A DNA stretch of 64,000 bases from the human T2T-CHM13v2.0 reference genome, Homo sapiens, in assembly GCF_009914755.1 (NCBI RefSeq), contig NC_060925.1; one strand, given 5' to 3'. Under the pieces are notes generated by a model that saw only the letters and a program-made list of their open reading frames with translations, did not search any database and was not told the origin of the DNA. The position numbers were made by a program, and so were the translations under genes. Position 1 is the stretch's first letter; each line of letters opens with the position of its first letter. Shown piece by piece: positions 1 to 13,915 of the stretch.

Positions 1-1640
1 TACCATCAACTTGCCTTTAATTTTCAATTTGTATTTTAGAATTCCTTAACCTCTTCAGAAGGTTTTCATGGTAGATACATTTAAAACATTCAAATAAGTT
101 GTTTATAGCACCTGTTCACCTTCATGCTGCCTGATGTTATTCAAGTACCTATGTGTGAATGGCACTTTGATCTGGAATTCTGTGTTAATTTGTCTAGTGG
201 CCATAGCATTTACAGAAATAAGCTAAAATGTTTTCAAAAGGACTTAAATTGTAATTGGCCTTTTGGTTTTTGATTGCTGAGTTTTGGAATTCTATGGTTG
301 ATATAAAAAAAATCTAGACACTTGTGACTTACTAAGGAGTATCTTGAAAATGTCTCAATTCTGTTATTCAGTGGAACTACCATTCTCTTTTGCCCCTATG
401 ACCTCTGATGGCTGAGCGGTGTTAGCCATATACTGTGTGTCTTTTCACCTCTTCTTGCCATCTCTGTGGGTCACTGGGCTCCTCTGGAAACTTCTGTAGG
501 CAGGGCAGAGGTTTCCTTTTGTGTTTCCTTTTAGACCATGCCTTAAGAAGTATGGTGTGACTTCCTTTATTCACTAAATGTCTTTCTGATAAGCTGTGCA
601 TGAATTATATGATTGGAAAGCAAATCATATTAGAATCCACTAGTGGAGTCTGGCTAGGATATCCATTGTAATCCTCCTAGTAAGTCATAAGATCTATTCA
701 CAATCACCCCTTTAGTTATGCACGGTTTCCTTAAATCATAATATATCTTGTTAGAGTTTTTAAACTACTAATGTCCATTCTAGTATGGTGATATGTATGA
801 TAGCTGTGTCCTGCCTGGATTCATGCAGTCACATATATATGATATACCTTTTTTTGAACATATGACAATATGCATAGCCCCTATTTGGTGAACTGTCTTC
901 TCTACAAATTATAGCCTTGATGCTTTACAAGGTTAAATAACACAGTCTCTAATTTAAGTAACAGTGAGAACCAGGAAGATTTAAACAGTCTGAGTCAGGC
1001 ACACATAACCCTACCCTCAAAAGCACTCATAGCTAAGTGGGGGAATCTTGCTGAAGTCTTGTTAACTTCCTGGGTTTCAAAGTCCCACTTCCAGGTACCA
1101 TGGATGAGGCAGCAGGCATGCAATTACAGAAAAATAAACCTTTAGTCAAACAAAAGAAGCCACTGAAAGAACTGAAAACCCCTTCCTAGTCCCAGCTAAA
1201 TTCCCAGGGAAGATTTAGGACCTGTGTTTGTCCTGAGTTAGTGGATGGTCTTGGCCAGTTTGCCATCTGTAGTGGTGAGTTGAAAGGGACTGTGGGCTCT
1301 GGAGGCTGAAAGGGAGTGAGCAGGAACAACATGAAACAGCAAATGTCAGGGAAGTCAGTAAGCCCTGAATCTTTTATGAGACCTTGGATATTCTGATCAC
1401 AGCTCCGCTGGCATCGAGATTGGAATACAGATTATGGGAGGGAGCGTCTGTGACATGAAGCCCTGGCTTAAATCTTCCCAAGGTTTTAACGTGCCTTACC
1501 ATATGAATATTTTGTTATTTTATTTGGCAGTATTTCCACAGGAGGCCAGGAAGGAGAGCACTGAGTAAGCCAGGGGTAGGGCAAATCTAGAGATGGGAGA
1601 GATTAGAACAGTATTGTGGCTAATGAGACTAACACCACTG

Positions 1641-1642
<2 letters not shown>

Positions 1643-1704
<62 letters not shown>
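1643..1704. repeat. Compound microsatellite (GT)16(GA)15
   Basis: Read directly: GT 1643-1674, GA 1675-1704. Confidence 0.97.
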
Positions 1705-1707
<3 letters not shown>

Positions 1708-2559
1708 TGCTGAATCCCCTGTAATCCTGTCTCATACAAGGCCCTGGTGCTAAAACCACTGTAACTGTTTATGAATTCACTCCAGCTACATAGTGAGAGG
1801 AAGGAAAGAGAATAAGAAGAACCCAATGCTGGAATGAATTTATGCTTAAGAGCTTGTCTCGGGAATGCAGCTGGGTTTAAGAGTCGCCAAGCCAAGACAC
1901 CCTTTTTGGGAAAAGGGAAAAGAAAAGCAAAGGAAGATAAAAACCCAGGAGACTGGAGGGACAGTGGGAGGAAGAGGAAAGAAAACGTGCTGCTCCCAGA
2001 TGGGGAAGCCTTGTCTGAGTGAAATGGCATTATAGGTTGTCTGGGTGTTAGCCCCTTAAAGTGGTTTAATTTCCCACTAAATAGAGATCACTGTGAGGAC
2101 TAAGAACCAAGCAAATGCTTTCGATTGCGCTATCTTGATTAGAAGCCCTGCATTAAGGCAAGAGCATTGGCAGAGCCCGAGAGAGCTGAGGCACCCTGAG
2201 GCATGCAGCAAGGTCCATGGCAGGCTAGACTTCAAGTGGCTTTGCCGGAGCATGACTTACAGCAGATTTGATAGCCTGGATTTTGCTTTTCCACACCTGT
2301 CCCCATCTGGTAGGCCATGCTGTCTCGTAGCCAACCTGCAAGTCAGTTAGGTGAGGCCGAGTGACCTCAGCCTGATGCAGGCCACAGAAGCAGAGCGAGG
2401 CAGAGTGACTAAGTGACTGCTGGAATCCTAGTAAAGCAGGGATAGGAACCAGAGTTCCTGGACTGCACGCAGCCTTTTCTTTGGTAAGAGAGGTTGACTA
2501 CTGTAGTAGCTGTGTAAGGGGCAGATAGAGATGAGTGAGAGATGGTCATTCCTAAGTAA

Positions 2560-3090
2560 GAAATATTTATCAGATGACTGTTATGTGTCAGGAGCTGGGC
2601 TAAGTGCTTTACACATATATAGTCTTTTTTTAAAAAAAAATATTTTCTTTTCTTTTAATTTAGTTTCAGGGGGGTACATATGCAGGTTTGTTAACATAGG
2701 CATATTATATAATGCTGGGGTTTGGGCTTCTATTGAATCCCTCACCCAAATAATGAACACAGCACTCAAGAGAGTGTTTTTCAGCCCTTGCCCTTTCCCT
2801 CCCTCCTCCTTTTTGGAAACCCCAGTATCTATTGTTGCCATCTTTACGTTCATGTATACCCATTGTTTAGCTCCCACTTGTAAGTGTGAATGTGCAGTAT
2901 TTGATTTTTTGTTTCTGCGTTAAATCACTTAGGATAATGGCCTCCGGCTGCATCCATCAACATATACAATCTTTACAACAAATATATGGCACAGGTACTG
3001 TGATTATATTATACCCATTTTAGGGATAAGGAAACTGAGGCTAAAGAAGTAATCAAGACAAAGTTAGAAAATGCCAAGTTTGAATCTAGG
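2560..3090 (-). mobile_element. MIR SINE fragment split by an L1 insertion
   Basis: MIR-like 'tatgtgtcaggagctgggctaagtgctttaca' before the L1 and 'cccattttagggataaggaaactgaggct' after it. Boundaries approximate. Confidence 0.75.
2628..2959 (-). mobile_element. 5'-truncated L1 3' end (old L1PA, L1PA15/16-like)
   Basis: Antisense L1 3'UTR motifs 'gggtacatatgcaggtttgtta', 'tttagctcccacttgtaagtg', 'taggataatggcctccggctgcatccat'. Degenerate TSD acatatatagtcttt (2613-2627) / acatatacaatcttt (2960-2974). Confidence 0.88.
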
Positions 3091-3151
3091 CTATCTCCAA
3101 AATACTTGGCCTTGAACACCCATTTGAGCAGGTTTGCACTGAATCTGTTTC

Positions 3152-3345
3152 TTCATTTTAACCACTACTTATTGAGTGCTGACTGTATGCCAGGTACCAT
3201 GGTAGGTGCTGGGGATACTGACTAGAGGAAGACAGTGTCCTAGTCCTTGAGGTGTACACACAGCCGCGGAGACACCCCAGCAAATCAGCGATGGCAGTGG
3301 TGCCATAGATACTCTGAGAAGTAGTCATGGTACTCATGGGGCCTG
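3152..3345 (-). mobile_element. L2 3'-end fragment
   Basis: 'ttattgagtgctgactgtatgccaggtaccatggtaggtgctggggatac' matches the antisense L2 terminus. Confidence 0.75.
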
Positions 3346-4296
3346 CTACTTCATAATGTCAGTGACGTGGCAGACACAGGAAGGCTGCAGCACACCTAAC
3401 TTTGTTGGTCACTTTTGTCTATCTGCTACTCTCAAGGCTCCATTTGTCTCTGTTGTGTAACTCTGAGCAAGCTAGTCTTCTTTCTAAGAAAGTGGAAGCT
3501 GATCAGCAGAAGGTGGCCATGGACAAAATGGGAAGCAGGACCGCTGGAGAAATAGGCCCAGTTGCTTATTTCAGGAAATCCTCTAGTCTTGTTCACTCGA
3601 AATTGTGCAAGGACAAAGCTGGGTCCATTGAAACAGAAAGCATAAGAAAACAAAAATAGAAAAAGGGGGAAAAACACTTTAAGTTGAATAAACAACTGCT
3701 GAGCCAACTCATGAGTTCAGCGGGGGATTCTCATGTTTCCAGGATATTTTCAGATTCTGATGGCAACTCGGGAAAGACCACTGTAACCTTGAACTTTGTC
3801 AGAGGACCGAGTTTAAGACCACCAAGACATTTCACGCAGACCACCCACTGCAATTTCTTGCATAGGTCTGCTGGCCAGTCTCTTATTAATACTGCAAGGC
3901 AACCTAAGCTATATTTTGTTGGGAGAGTGGAAGAGCGAAGGCAGGTGTTGAAAAGCCATGAAAAAAAGAATTAAAACAAAAATGTGCCTCAGGCTCCTTT
4001 CAGCTGGCAGCAGAATTTCCGTCATCTTTCCCTTTTGAATTTGATATTATTGCAGGAACATTACCACGGACTCAATTTTCACTTGACAGTGAAATACCAG
4101 AAGTCGTCTCGGGTCCGGAGTGCTGTCTGCATCCAGTCCCTGTTAATCTGCAGAAGGAAAGCATGGAGATGGGGTGGGTGGCCAAGCTGACACAGGCCTC
4201 TTCAGGCTGCTGGGAAAGGGTGCTCCCTGGGTGTGAGGCCCAGGAGTCCCTAGAATTGCATAGATGCAGCAGTGAGCAGCCCACCTGGGTGTGAAT

Positions 4297-4393
4297 CATA
4301 GAATTGTTTTGAGAATTAAATGAGCAAATTTATGTAGAATGCTTAGGTCAGTGTCTGACACATACACCAGTGTTCAGTGAGTATTACCTATTG
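4297..4393 (+). mobile_element. MIR fragment
   Basis: 'gagaattaaatgagcaaatttatgtagaatgcttaggtcagtgtctgacacata' matches the MIR 3' half. Confidence 0.7.
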
Positions 4394-4618
4394 TGACTGT
4401 TTCTTCGTGGGCAAAGCAACATCATCCTTTCTCTGCAGAATTTGAAACTGATGTCAAAAGAAGAGGGAGGCAGCAGCATCACACATCAGAGGGAATTTCT
4501 TTTAGATTCATATACCGTTTTTCCATTTTCTCTTTTCAGTTTTTTTCTTTCTTATAAGAAAGACTCCAGATGTTGAATTTAAACTGGGGGATGTCTTCAA
4601 TGCCATTGAATATATTGA

Positions 4619-5002
<384 letters not shown>

Positions 5003-5407
5003 TAAGGAGGAGAGAGGGGAGTAAAATAGAGAAGAGGATCAGGAAAAGAAGAACAAGTTGAGGATATTTAATTATTTGAAATATTGTGAAACATGAATAT
5101 TGATGAGAAGAATGAACAGGGATGACTAAGTGCAAGGCAGGGCGTGATGGCTTACCTTCCTCCAAGTCCCACCTGCTGTTGTTGACCCCATCTGGCCAGC
5201 CAGGCGTGAACCTTAGTCTAGCAACAATAGGGGCAACACAGAGTGCATCTGCTGCTCAATGCAGGGAGAGATGCACTCTTCATCTTGTACCTTCTTGCTG
5301 TCAACCCTTTCTCTTTTTTTCTTCTGCTCATTTCTTACCACTCTGTTTATGGTAACATTTGAGGGGGGAAAATACATCACCCTATGAAAGAACAGGGTGG
5401 CTGCTGA

Positions 5408-5811
<404 letters not shown>

Positions 5812-6479
5812 AGTTTTCTCTTTTTGTCGTGTCTACCTTCCTACTTGCCTCACACCAGTCAGTTGGCTTTCTGTGTCAAGCCTGAGGAATGAATCTCATG
5901 AAAGAGCATTGGGAGAGCGGAGATTTTGGAAATTGCTTTCAGAACACAAAATCCCACATGCGTGGGCTTGTTCCCTGCAAGCTTAATCTTGCCTGATGTA
6001 TATGTGTACATGTGGAAGGCTGAAGGAAGTGCTATAAATGCCCCATTCGTAAGTATTCAGCCATCGTGTGCTGAAAGCCTGCCGTCTGCCGGACACTGAA
6101 ATGTGGCCTTCACAGGCCGAGGGTCTTTAAGAAGCATGGCCGTGGGGGCTGAGAGCAGGGTGGGGTGACAGGACAGGTTACTGAGACTGAATTTTGTCTG
6201 AAGAGTAGGGAGAGCTGTAGTGGTTCCCCTTTGCTGGTTGTTGGTTTTTGTGTGCCCCCCCACCTCAAACCCCCCCACCGTAAGAGAATCAGAAGGGTCC
6301 CATCTGCCTTGCAGGGAAGGGTCATGGTTGGTGACTGGTAACATCTGGGGGAGGGGCCACTTCATTATGCCACCCAGAATATCAAAGCAGCTTAGGCGTT
6401 GGAACCCAGGGAAGGAAGAAGAGATTAAAAAAAAAAAAAAAAAAGCCCCACTGCCAGTCGGGCAGCTCTCTGTCTGCTG

Positions 6480-6845
6480 TCTGCAGGCTGCTGCTACCCA
6501 CTCGTTACAATTAAAATGAAGTGTCCGTCAGCGGCTATCTTCTCTGTGTGGCCCATATGTTTCTGAGCTGATACTGTCCGGATTATTCTGTTCGGGAAAA
6601 CGATAACGGCTGTTTATAACCTTGGCAAAGACTGAGGCCTAATCAGGCTGGAGCACATTTTCACCGACTGGCTGATAACAGGCTGTTAGCAGCCTTATCG
6701 CTCGGGAGAGATAGGCCAAAATAAGCAGATCTGTGAGCACAGGAGCCCAATCGAGTGGTACACACTCTGGCCCTGGCTTTATTTTTAGATTTTCCTTTCC
6801 CGGTTGATATCGGAAGGCACAGAGGCAGGAGGTGGGGTGGATAGT
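6480..6845. promoter_or_regulatory. Candidate enhancer, GATA-dense and CpG-retaining
   Basis: Repeat-free. About 13 CpGs in 350 bp; 8 GATA cores including WGATAR at 6535(-), 6673 and 6709; MYB-type TAACGG 6604-6609. Function inferred. Confidence 0.55.
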
Positions 6846-8989
6846 AATGTGTGCCCCCTTGGGGGTCAGAGTGAGGTGGAGGGGGATGTTAATCACCATG
6901 AGAGGCAGAGGGTCAGCCCAGCTTCCAGTGCTCCGGGCTCCCTTCAAATGAGGGAAAACACGTGCAGGTCTTAGGAGACAAAGGAAGGGAAGTGACTGTT
7001 TCCTGGCCTGGTGTGTGGGCCCGTTGCCTGTTCGGTTCAGCGTCTCCGTGCAGTTGGACTTTCCACCTAGGCAGGCAGGCATAGGTGTGCGGTTCTGAAA
7101 GACTGGTCTCTTTCCACATTCTCTCCTGCTCTAGGGACTGACTTTTGCTTTCTGTCTAAATCCATTTTGCCTGGACGACGACTTCATGGCATCCCTCCAG
7201 AATGACTTGCCCTGCCCAACTCATCATCCTTACACATGCCTAGAGGCCAGATGATGGGTTAGGCTACGGGGAAAGGAGCACAGGCAAGTCTTGAGTGTGG
7301 AGATCCTTACAGTCTCCTTACATTGATTGAGGCTCAAGGAGGATGTCAGCAGAGGTCCCACCAAGTCATTCGTTAATGACTGACACTAAACCCCTGGGGA
7401 GGAGTTGTAAGTTTTCAGAGAAGTTTCTGCCTCTTGGTAAAACCTTCAAGGAAAGGCCCTTTGAACTTTTCTCTATGTAGTGATAGAGAAAAGCCAAACC
7501 TGTAACTAGCCTTTGCTTCTAGATGTAATTCTCTAAAATCTTGACCTCCAACATGGCTCTCCAACAGCTATGATAAAAGGTATGTGTAGGAGGTCAGGAA
7601 CATGTGATTAAAATAAAAACAGGTAAGTTTCCAATGGTGATAGATAGACAGCAAGTGTCATAAAAAGAAGGGGAAGATTGAAGATATTGTTTGCATTAAA
7701 AAGTGGAGTCTTGTATTTTCTCCACATTCTGCATAAACCTTCCTATCTTAAAGTACATTAGGGTTTTTACTCTCTATTCTGTCTCTCTCCACCCCTCTTC
7801 TCCCCCTTCCTTCCATCCTCTCCTTGCTTTCTGTACAGCTGCCTGATTCGTGGGTCACTTTGTCTTCCTAAGACTGAAAGAATCAGGTGGTGGGAAAGAG
7901 GGGAAAGGAACCCGTGCATGGGGGAGGGGAGGCATTTTCAGGGGCACACAGATTGAAGTAGGCACAGAAGGCAGCAGAAAGCATTATTACCATTATCATG
8001 CTAATCTATTTACAAGGCCCTTTTATTCATTAATCTTTGAATAGCAGAACTGTTCATACAGCCTGAAATAAGAACCACCTGTGCCTCTAGGACCAAAAAA
8101 TAAAAGTATTAAGGACAAATGATATGTCAAAGCAGGAAGGGAAAAATTAAATATAAACAAAAGGATTCAAAGCCATTTCTTCTGTCATTTAGATCGTCAC
8201 ATATATGATTTCACAGCTCACGTGTTGCAAAATGGCCAGCTGACTGGCAATTTAGGAGACATCATCCAAGTTCAGAGAACAGCTCTGGGGAGGGTTCCAA
8301 ATGTTGTGAAATTATTAAACAGTTTGTTTTTAAAGATCCAAACTAAGGTTTTTCTACACTAATTCCTATTATTCTTTTTTGGAAGTAAGCACTGATAAGC
8401 CAAATATAAATGATTTTGGTTAATGCTCTAGATTCCCTGATTAACTCAATAAAGAAATCTTTTATATTGTCTTCACAGAATTCATAGTAATATAGAAAGC
8501 CAAAGCCGGTAGGGATCTTACATGTATGATCTAGTTCAAGCCTCTCATTGTCTATTAAACCTTTAATTAAGAGTTCTTTACATGTAGGCTAAGCCCCCGT
8601 TTGTCACATCACACATAGGTGAGTTACATTATCGTTGGAACAGTTATTCTTACAGGGAGCAATGTAGTTCTTGCAAACACTTATTACCCTGTGTTATAGA
8701 TACTTAGCAGGGGCTGAAGGGAGATGTAGGGAAAGGCTGCAGCCTTCCTTATATCATTATTTTAAGATAGGAGAGATACCAATTAGAAAGTCCACTGAAG
8801 AAGATATTTAGGCCTGAGCATCTTCTAAGAACAAATGCAATAATAGCCAGTGGAATGGAATAGCTTCCATATTCCTTTAGGTGGGACTTTAAATTCTCTC
8901 AATAACAATTCATATTAAACGTCATTCCCTTTGTCAAGAGACTGAGTTCTTTAGTTCTGACCACCAAACCTTACTGTTCACAAGTGTTA

Positions 8990-9143
8990 GAATTATGTCG
9001 TCCTAGAGCTGGAAGAACCCACTCTGAAGACTACCCACTCATTTTGTAAAGGGTATTAGAACCCAAGAAAGGGGATGGACTTGACCAGTGAGTCTGAACC
9101 AGGACTGGAGCTAGGATATTCTACCTTCTAGCTCAGTGCTTTT
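8990..9143 (-). mobile_element. MIR/MIR3 fragment
   Basis: 'agagctggaagaa..ccactcattttgtaaa..ggactggagctagg..ctagctcagtgcttt'. Confidence 0.6.
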
Positions 9144-9277
9144 GCATCTTTTTGATGACTATTTTGTGATTTAGTTCTATGATGAAGCATTCAAAATAAG
9201 TCCCTTAACTGTCCATGCCACTGTTTATTCATCTGTAAAATGAAGATTGTAATTTCCCCATTGATTTTTTTTTTTTT

Positions 9278-9406
9278 AAGTTCCTCAAGAGCTGGGACTG
9301 TGCCATCCATCTCAGTATTTCCCAAGGCACCTAACTCATAAAGTGCTCTACACACAGAGCTGCTCAATAAATGTTCACTATTGAATAGTTGAATGAATGA
9401 ATGAAT
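9278..9406 (+). mobile_element. L2 3' end with (GAAT)n tail
   Basis: 'gctcaataaatgttcactattgaatagttgaatgaatgaatgaat'. Confidence 0.75.
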
Positions 9407-10821
9407 ATGACTTTTAATTGGGCTTTGCAAGTGATGACTCCTTCAGAATTAAATGATTTTTCTTCTAAGTTGTGTGCACATTCTCAGCCATTCATTTGTT
9501 AAATATCTTTCAGGAGAAACAGTGAAAAATGATGATGATGTCTTTGGTAGTATATGGAAGACCTTTCGGTACTGCAGAGGTCTGATTATAATCATGGAGT
9601 TTTGTTATTGTCATTTGTTTTCTTTGTAGTTGGTTGTTCATGAAGACCTGCGAAGGCCTAGTGATCTTGAGGGTCAGTTGATTTTGAGGTTCTCAGTAGC
9701 AGGAGTTGGTGTATTCTTAGCTGCCCAAGAACCCTCCCCAGCATATTGCTATGGCATTCTTGTCATTTGTCCTGAAGAAGGGAAGAGACAGGACCATGCT
9801 GGGGGACCTTATCTATCTAACTCCTGTTGTTGTCTAGTGCTTAGAATAATACCTGGATCATAATAGGTACTTGATAAATAGTTGTTAAATGGATAAGTAA
9901 TTGCTGAAGGTCTACTTTTGCTTGACTAGCTCATGCCTTCAAAGTCTATAACTGGACTGGATGACTGTTCTCTTCTAAAATAGGATTTTGTGAATTATTT
10001 GAGTCTATTTCTCTGACTCAGAAGTCTAAGCCGGGATAAACTCTTCCTCTCATAGCATAAATTCTACCAGTTCCTTAAAAATCTGTATCTTTGGGTCTAT
10101 AACTCGCACTGGCCAGGACCATTTGTATTCCACGCCTCCTCTCATGCCTACACTATGAGATGATGGCTTACAAAGGCCTATTGCCCACTTATACTTCTCA
10201 AAGCAGCCATTCAGAGAGGTCAGAATTTAAAGCAGAGATTATTTTAGTGGGGAGGTGGTGAGGAGGGTTAACAAAATTGCTGTTTTATTGGATCTAACTT
10301 GCTTTTCAGAAGCACGTGACTGGCATATTTGGGTCATTAAATATAAAGACATTCTGCTTATGAATTATGCCAGCAAGATGTTTTCAGATCATACAAAAAC
10401 AATGTGTGTGGTGACTGCCAAGTAGTGTTTTTATGTGTATGTCTGTACACACCACCCACTGATCTATGCAAGGCAGTGGTGCTTTGCACTAAATGCCACA
10501 TCGTTCCTTCTGGGATCTCAGAACCTTTCATAAACAGTCACTTAAGACTCTAGTGAGTTAAATAAATAATAAGATCCTTACCCCCTTGAAAAGAATATGT
10601 AGCCTACATATTGAAAAATTAGGCAATTTAGCCCAAGGCAGAATGAGCAGAGAAAGCATGACCTGGTGAGCCAGACCTAAGTGCCAGCAGCAAGAATTTT
10701 GATCTGTAAACATTCTGATGATGGCAGATGGCAGTGCGGCCTTGAGAGGGGCTTTCAGTCAATCTGCAACCTTTTATTCTGTACCTGATAAGTCTCTGGT
10801 ACTGAGTTAGAAGCTGTGAAA

Positions 10822-10930
10822 GGCCAAGTGTGGTGGCTCACGCCTGTAATGCCAACACTTTGGGAGGCCAAAGCAGGAAGATCGCTTGAGCCTAGTTTGA
10901 GACCAGCCTGGGCAACATGGGAAATGTCAT

Positions 10931-10934
<4 letters not shown>
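10822..10934 (+). mobile_element. Free left Alu monomer (FLAM/AluJ-left)
   Basis: 'ggccaagtgtggtggctcacgcctgtaat..atcgcttgagcc..gaccagcctgggcaacat..ctctac'. No right arm. Confidence 0.9.

Positions 10935-10995
<61 letters not shown>
10935..10995. repeat. (AC)30 microsatellite in the Alu-monomer tail
   Basis: Read directly. Confidence 0.97.
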
Positions 10996-10999
<4 letters not shown>

Positions 11000-12169
11000 T
11001 ACACGAAGAGAAGAAAAAAAAGAATCTATTAACGAAAAAATAAAAGCCAAAACATGCATAGTATCTTTCTTACAAGACCTAAAAATCATCCTTTCAATTT
11101 GTTGAGCACATCCTGGGTGCCAGACAGTTCAACATGGAACATAATTAAAACATTAAATACTGGAATACAGACAATATGCAGTTTCGGAGACAGAGAGCAG
11201 TTAAGTTTCAGGGTGTTTGTGGTGGGGAGTTGATAGTTAAGAGAAAGGAGTTGAGGCTATGAACTGAAAAATGGGCACGGTTGAAGTCAGCAGCAGGACA
11301 TTATATTTGAGAAGAACCAAATACACGAACGCAGAATGGTCAGAAAGAGGACAGCATTTTTATAGCCATTTTCTCTGCATCTCAGTTTTTGTACGGGTAA
11401 AATAAAGGAAGTGATACTGGTTAGTAGTGTGTCACCACCGGAAGGATAGCTGAGGGTGACTAATATGTTCATAGCTGCCAGGATGAGAGGCTCAGTGTTT
11501 CACATGGCATTGGCATTAAGGTTCTTGGGTTTTATGAGGTCCTGTTTAAGAATATGACACTGGAGGTATTTCTTTGGAGACTTTTATTTGCCTGTGGTGT
11601 GTTGTGATCAGAACCACTCTTTGGGAAGAGAGAGGCTCTTCTTGGCCACAGGGTGGGTACAGATTAGCAAATGCAACCATATTGGGAAGGAACGCTTGGG
11701 TGTTCTGGTGGCCCTTCCCCTCCCAGACTGAGCTCTGTCTAGGATTATCAGGCAGGTGTTCAAATAAATAATGCAGCTAAAAATACTTCCAGCAGCAACT
11801 GGGACTTCTGTAGCTCTGAGATGGTCGGAGTATGCATTTCAGCTACTCGAGCAGGTGTGCAGTGGCTCCAGAAACTTAGAACAGACACACCCCTGACACA
11901 TCCTCAACATGGACCAAGACCTCATTTCCAATGGAGAAATGAAACAAAGCATTTATTTCATCTAGTCTTACCTGGAAACAGGTGTGCCTTGGCTGAAGGC
12001 GTCAGAGGTAGAGCTCAAAAACAAGTTAATAGTCATTGTCTAGGGGAAGATGGTGGTTTCAGAGCAGTAAGTGGTATTAATATTACCTGCTCCCTGTCCA
12101 GGACTTGTTCTTCACTAAGAAGTAGTACCTAGCATAACTTCAGCGAGAAGATAATCTATAATAACATAA

Positions 12170-12390
12170 TAATAACAACTGTTAATATACTAGCAATCTT
12201 TTATTAAGCATGTACTGTGTCAGACACCATATTTGTTGATTTAATTCTCAAAAAGAATATCAGGGCAAATGACATTATCCCCATTTGCGTAGATTCAAAA
12301 CTGAGGTTCAAAGTAAGTAAGTACCTTGCCCAAGGGGACACATGCTTTAAGTCACAGAGTTGGAAGTCAGATCCAAGTCTGATTCCTAAA
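12170..12390 (-). mobile_element. MIR
   Basis: 'tattaagcatgtactgtgtcagacac..attatccccatttg..aaactgaggttc..cttgcccaagg'. Confidence 0.8.
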
Positions 12391-13764
12391 CTGTGGATAA
12401 AGTTGTGTTTCCATTTGGACTTACCACGAATGTGGCATGTTTTACCTTCTTTTTTGACTCTAAATTTGCCATATACATTAATGTGTAATAAAAACTTGCA
12501 TTGTTGGCATTGCAGCATATTCAAGGTAATTTTGGAGAATCTAGGTGTTTTGGGCAAAAGAATTCATCATACACAACCTCCACAAAGATAGCCATGCCTG
12601 GGGTGAAAATCTTCTGCCAATTAAAGCTTCCAGTTGTATCACATTTAGGAACTTTGAGGACATAACTCTGAGTGGTCAGGGTGGGGTGACCTTCACTAAT
12701 GGGCGTTGTTCCCATAGGACTAACTCTGGTACATATAGGCTCATGAGGAATACCTGACAACCAGGGGTATTTAAGATTTGGGTGACAAATGGAGTGTTCA
12801 AAATGGTTCTGTGGAATCACTGTGCTTCTTGTTATCACATGAGTTTTCACCTGGCAATGACATAGAAGCACATGGGCAGCCAAACTCTGGATTGCCTAGG
12901 CTTTGAGGATGAGCCCAGCCCACCTCTACCGCTTCGTAAAATCAGAGCCAATGACAGAGGTTGCCTGACTGATGGTTGCCGGAGACTCAGAATGCTTTTG
13001 ACTCTTTGACTTTGTGTGAATATGGTGGAGATATTGAAAGACTCTTATCATTGTGGCAGGAATTAGTTTTGAAAAAGAGGTCTGTTTCAGAATTTTAGAT
13101 TTCAAAATGTAAAAATGTTGTGACTTGCAAGTAAGGCATAATTTTGGTCTCTTAAAACTGAAATTGTTTTCCTATTTTTCTAGTTTTCATAGTAAGTCCC
13201 TCTCCTCCAAGTTGAATCACACTCAGCTTTACTGAGTAAGGAGGGGCTCACCCTCAGGATCTGGCCAAATGACAACTTTTGGCTGATTAAAAAAAAAAGT
13301 GTTTCAGAATTCTACTCAGCCTTGCTCACAGGCAATGACCCCGTCAGATCTGATAAACTGAACAAGCTAGGGGCTACCAGGAGCTGCAAAAGAGACCTAC
13401 ACAGAAATGCCAGTCTGTGAGAGAGAACAAATGGTTAGGATGGTGTCCCAGGAGCAAGCAACTCAATGATGAGCCATTTTTCTATCACTCTCCTTCAGGT
13501 TTAAATCTGGGGTAGGGTTAGGAGAAATTCTTCTGTCTGTGTTTCATTCTGTTAGAGGTAGGGTTAGAAAGCTCATGGTCTGATGTGTAGAGTCAATTGT
13601 GGAATGTGAACCATGATTCTGAGTATAATGAAGTTCTATGACAAATATACAGCCAGAACCTGGACATCAGGAAGTGGTAGCCATTTTTACTTGTCCTGAG
13701 TAAAAGCTTTAGGCTATTAATTGGCATTGTAAATATTGTCTCTACAGGAAATCAGGGAGTAGGT

Positions 13765-13915
13765 ATATGGCATATTATAATTACCTGGGGGCCTTTTTAA
13801 TATTTGTGCATGCTCTGAATCAGAATTTCTGGATACGGGGAGGCGCAGGCATTTGTAGTTTTGGAAAGCTCTCCAGGTGATGCTATGCCATGTCCCAGTG
13901 AATTGAGACCTGTTG
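13765..13915. mobile_element. MER5A-like hAT-Charlie MITE fragment
   Basis: 'aattacctgggg..tgaatcagaatttctgg..aagctctccaggtgat'. Confidence 0.7.

Noticed and set aside
6639-7082. 147-aa minus-strand ORF
   Set aside because: No recognisable domain or splice context; overlaps a motif-rich element better explained as regulatory.
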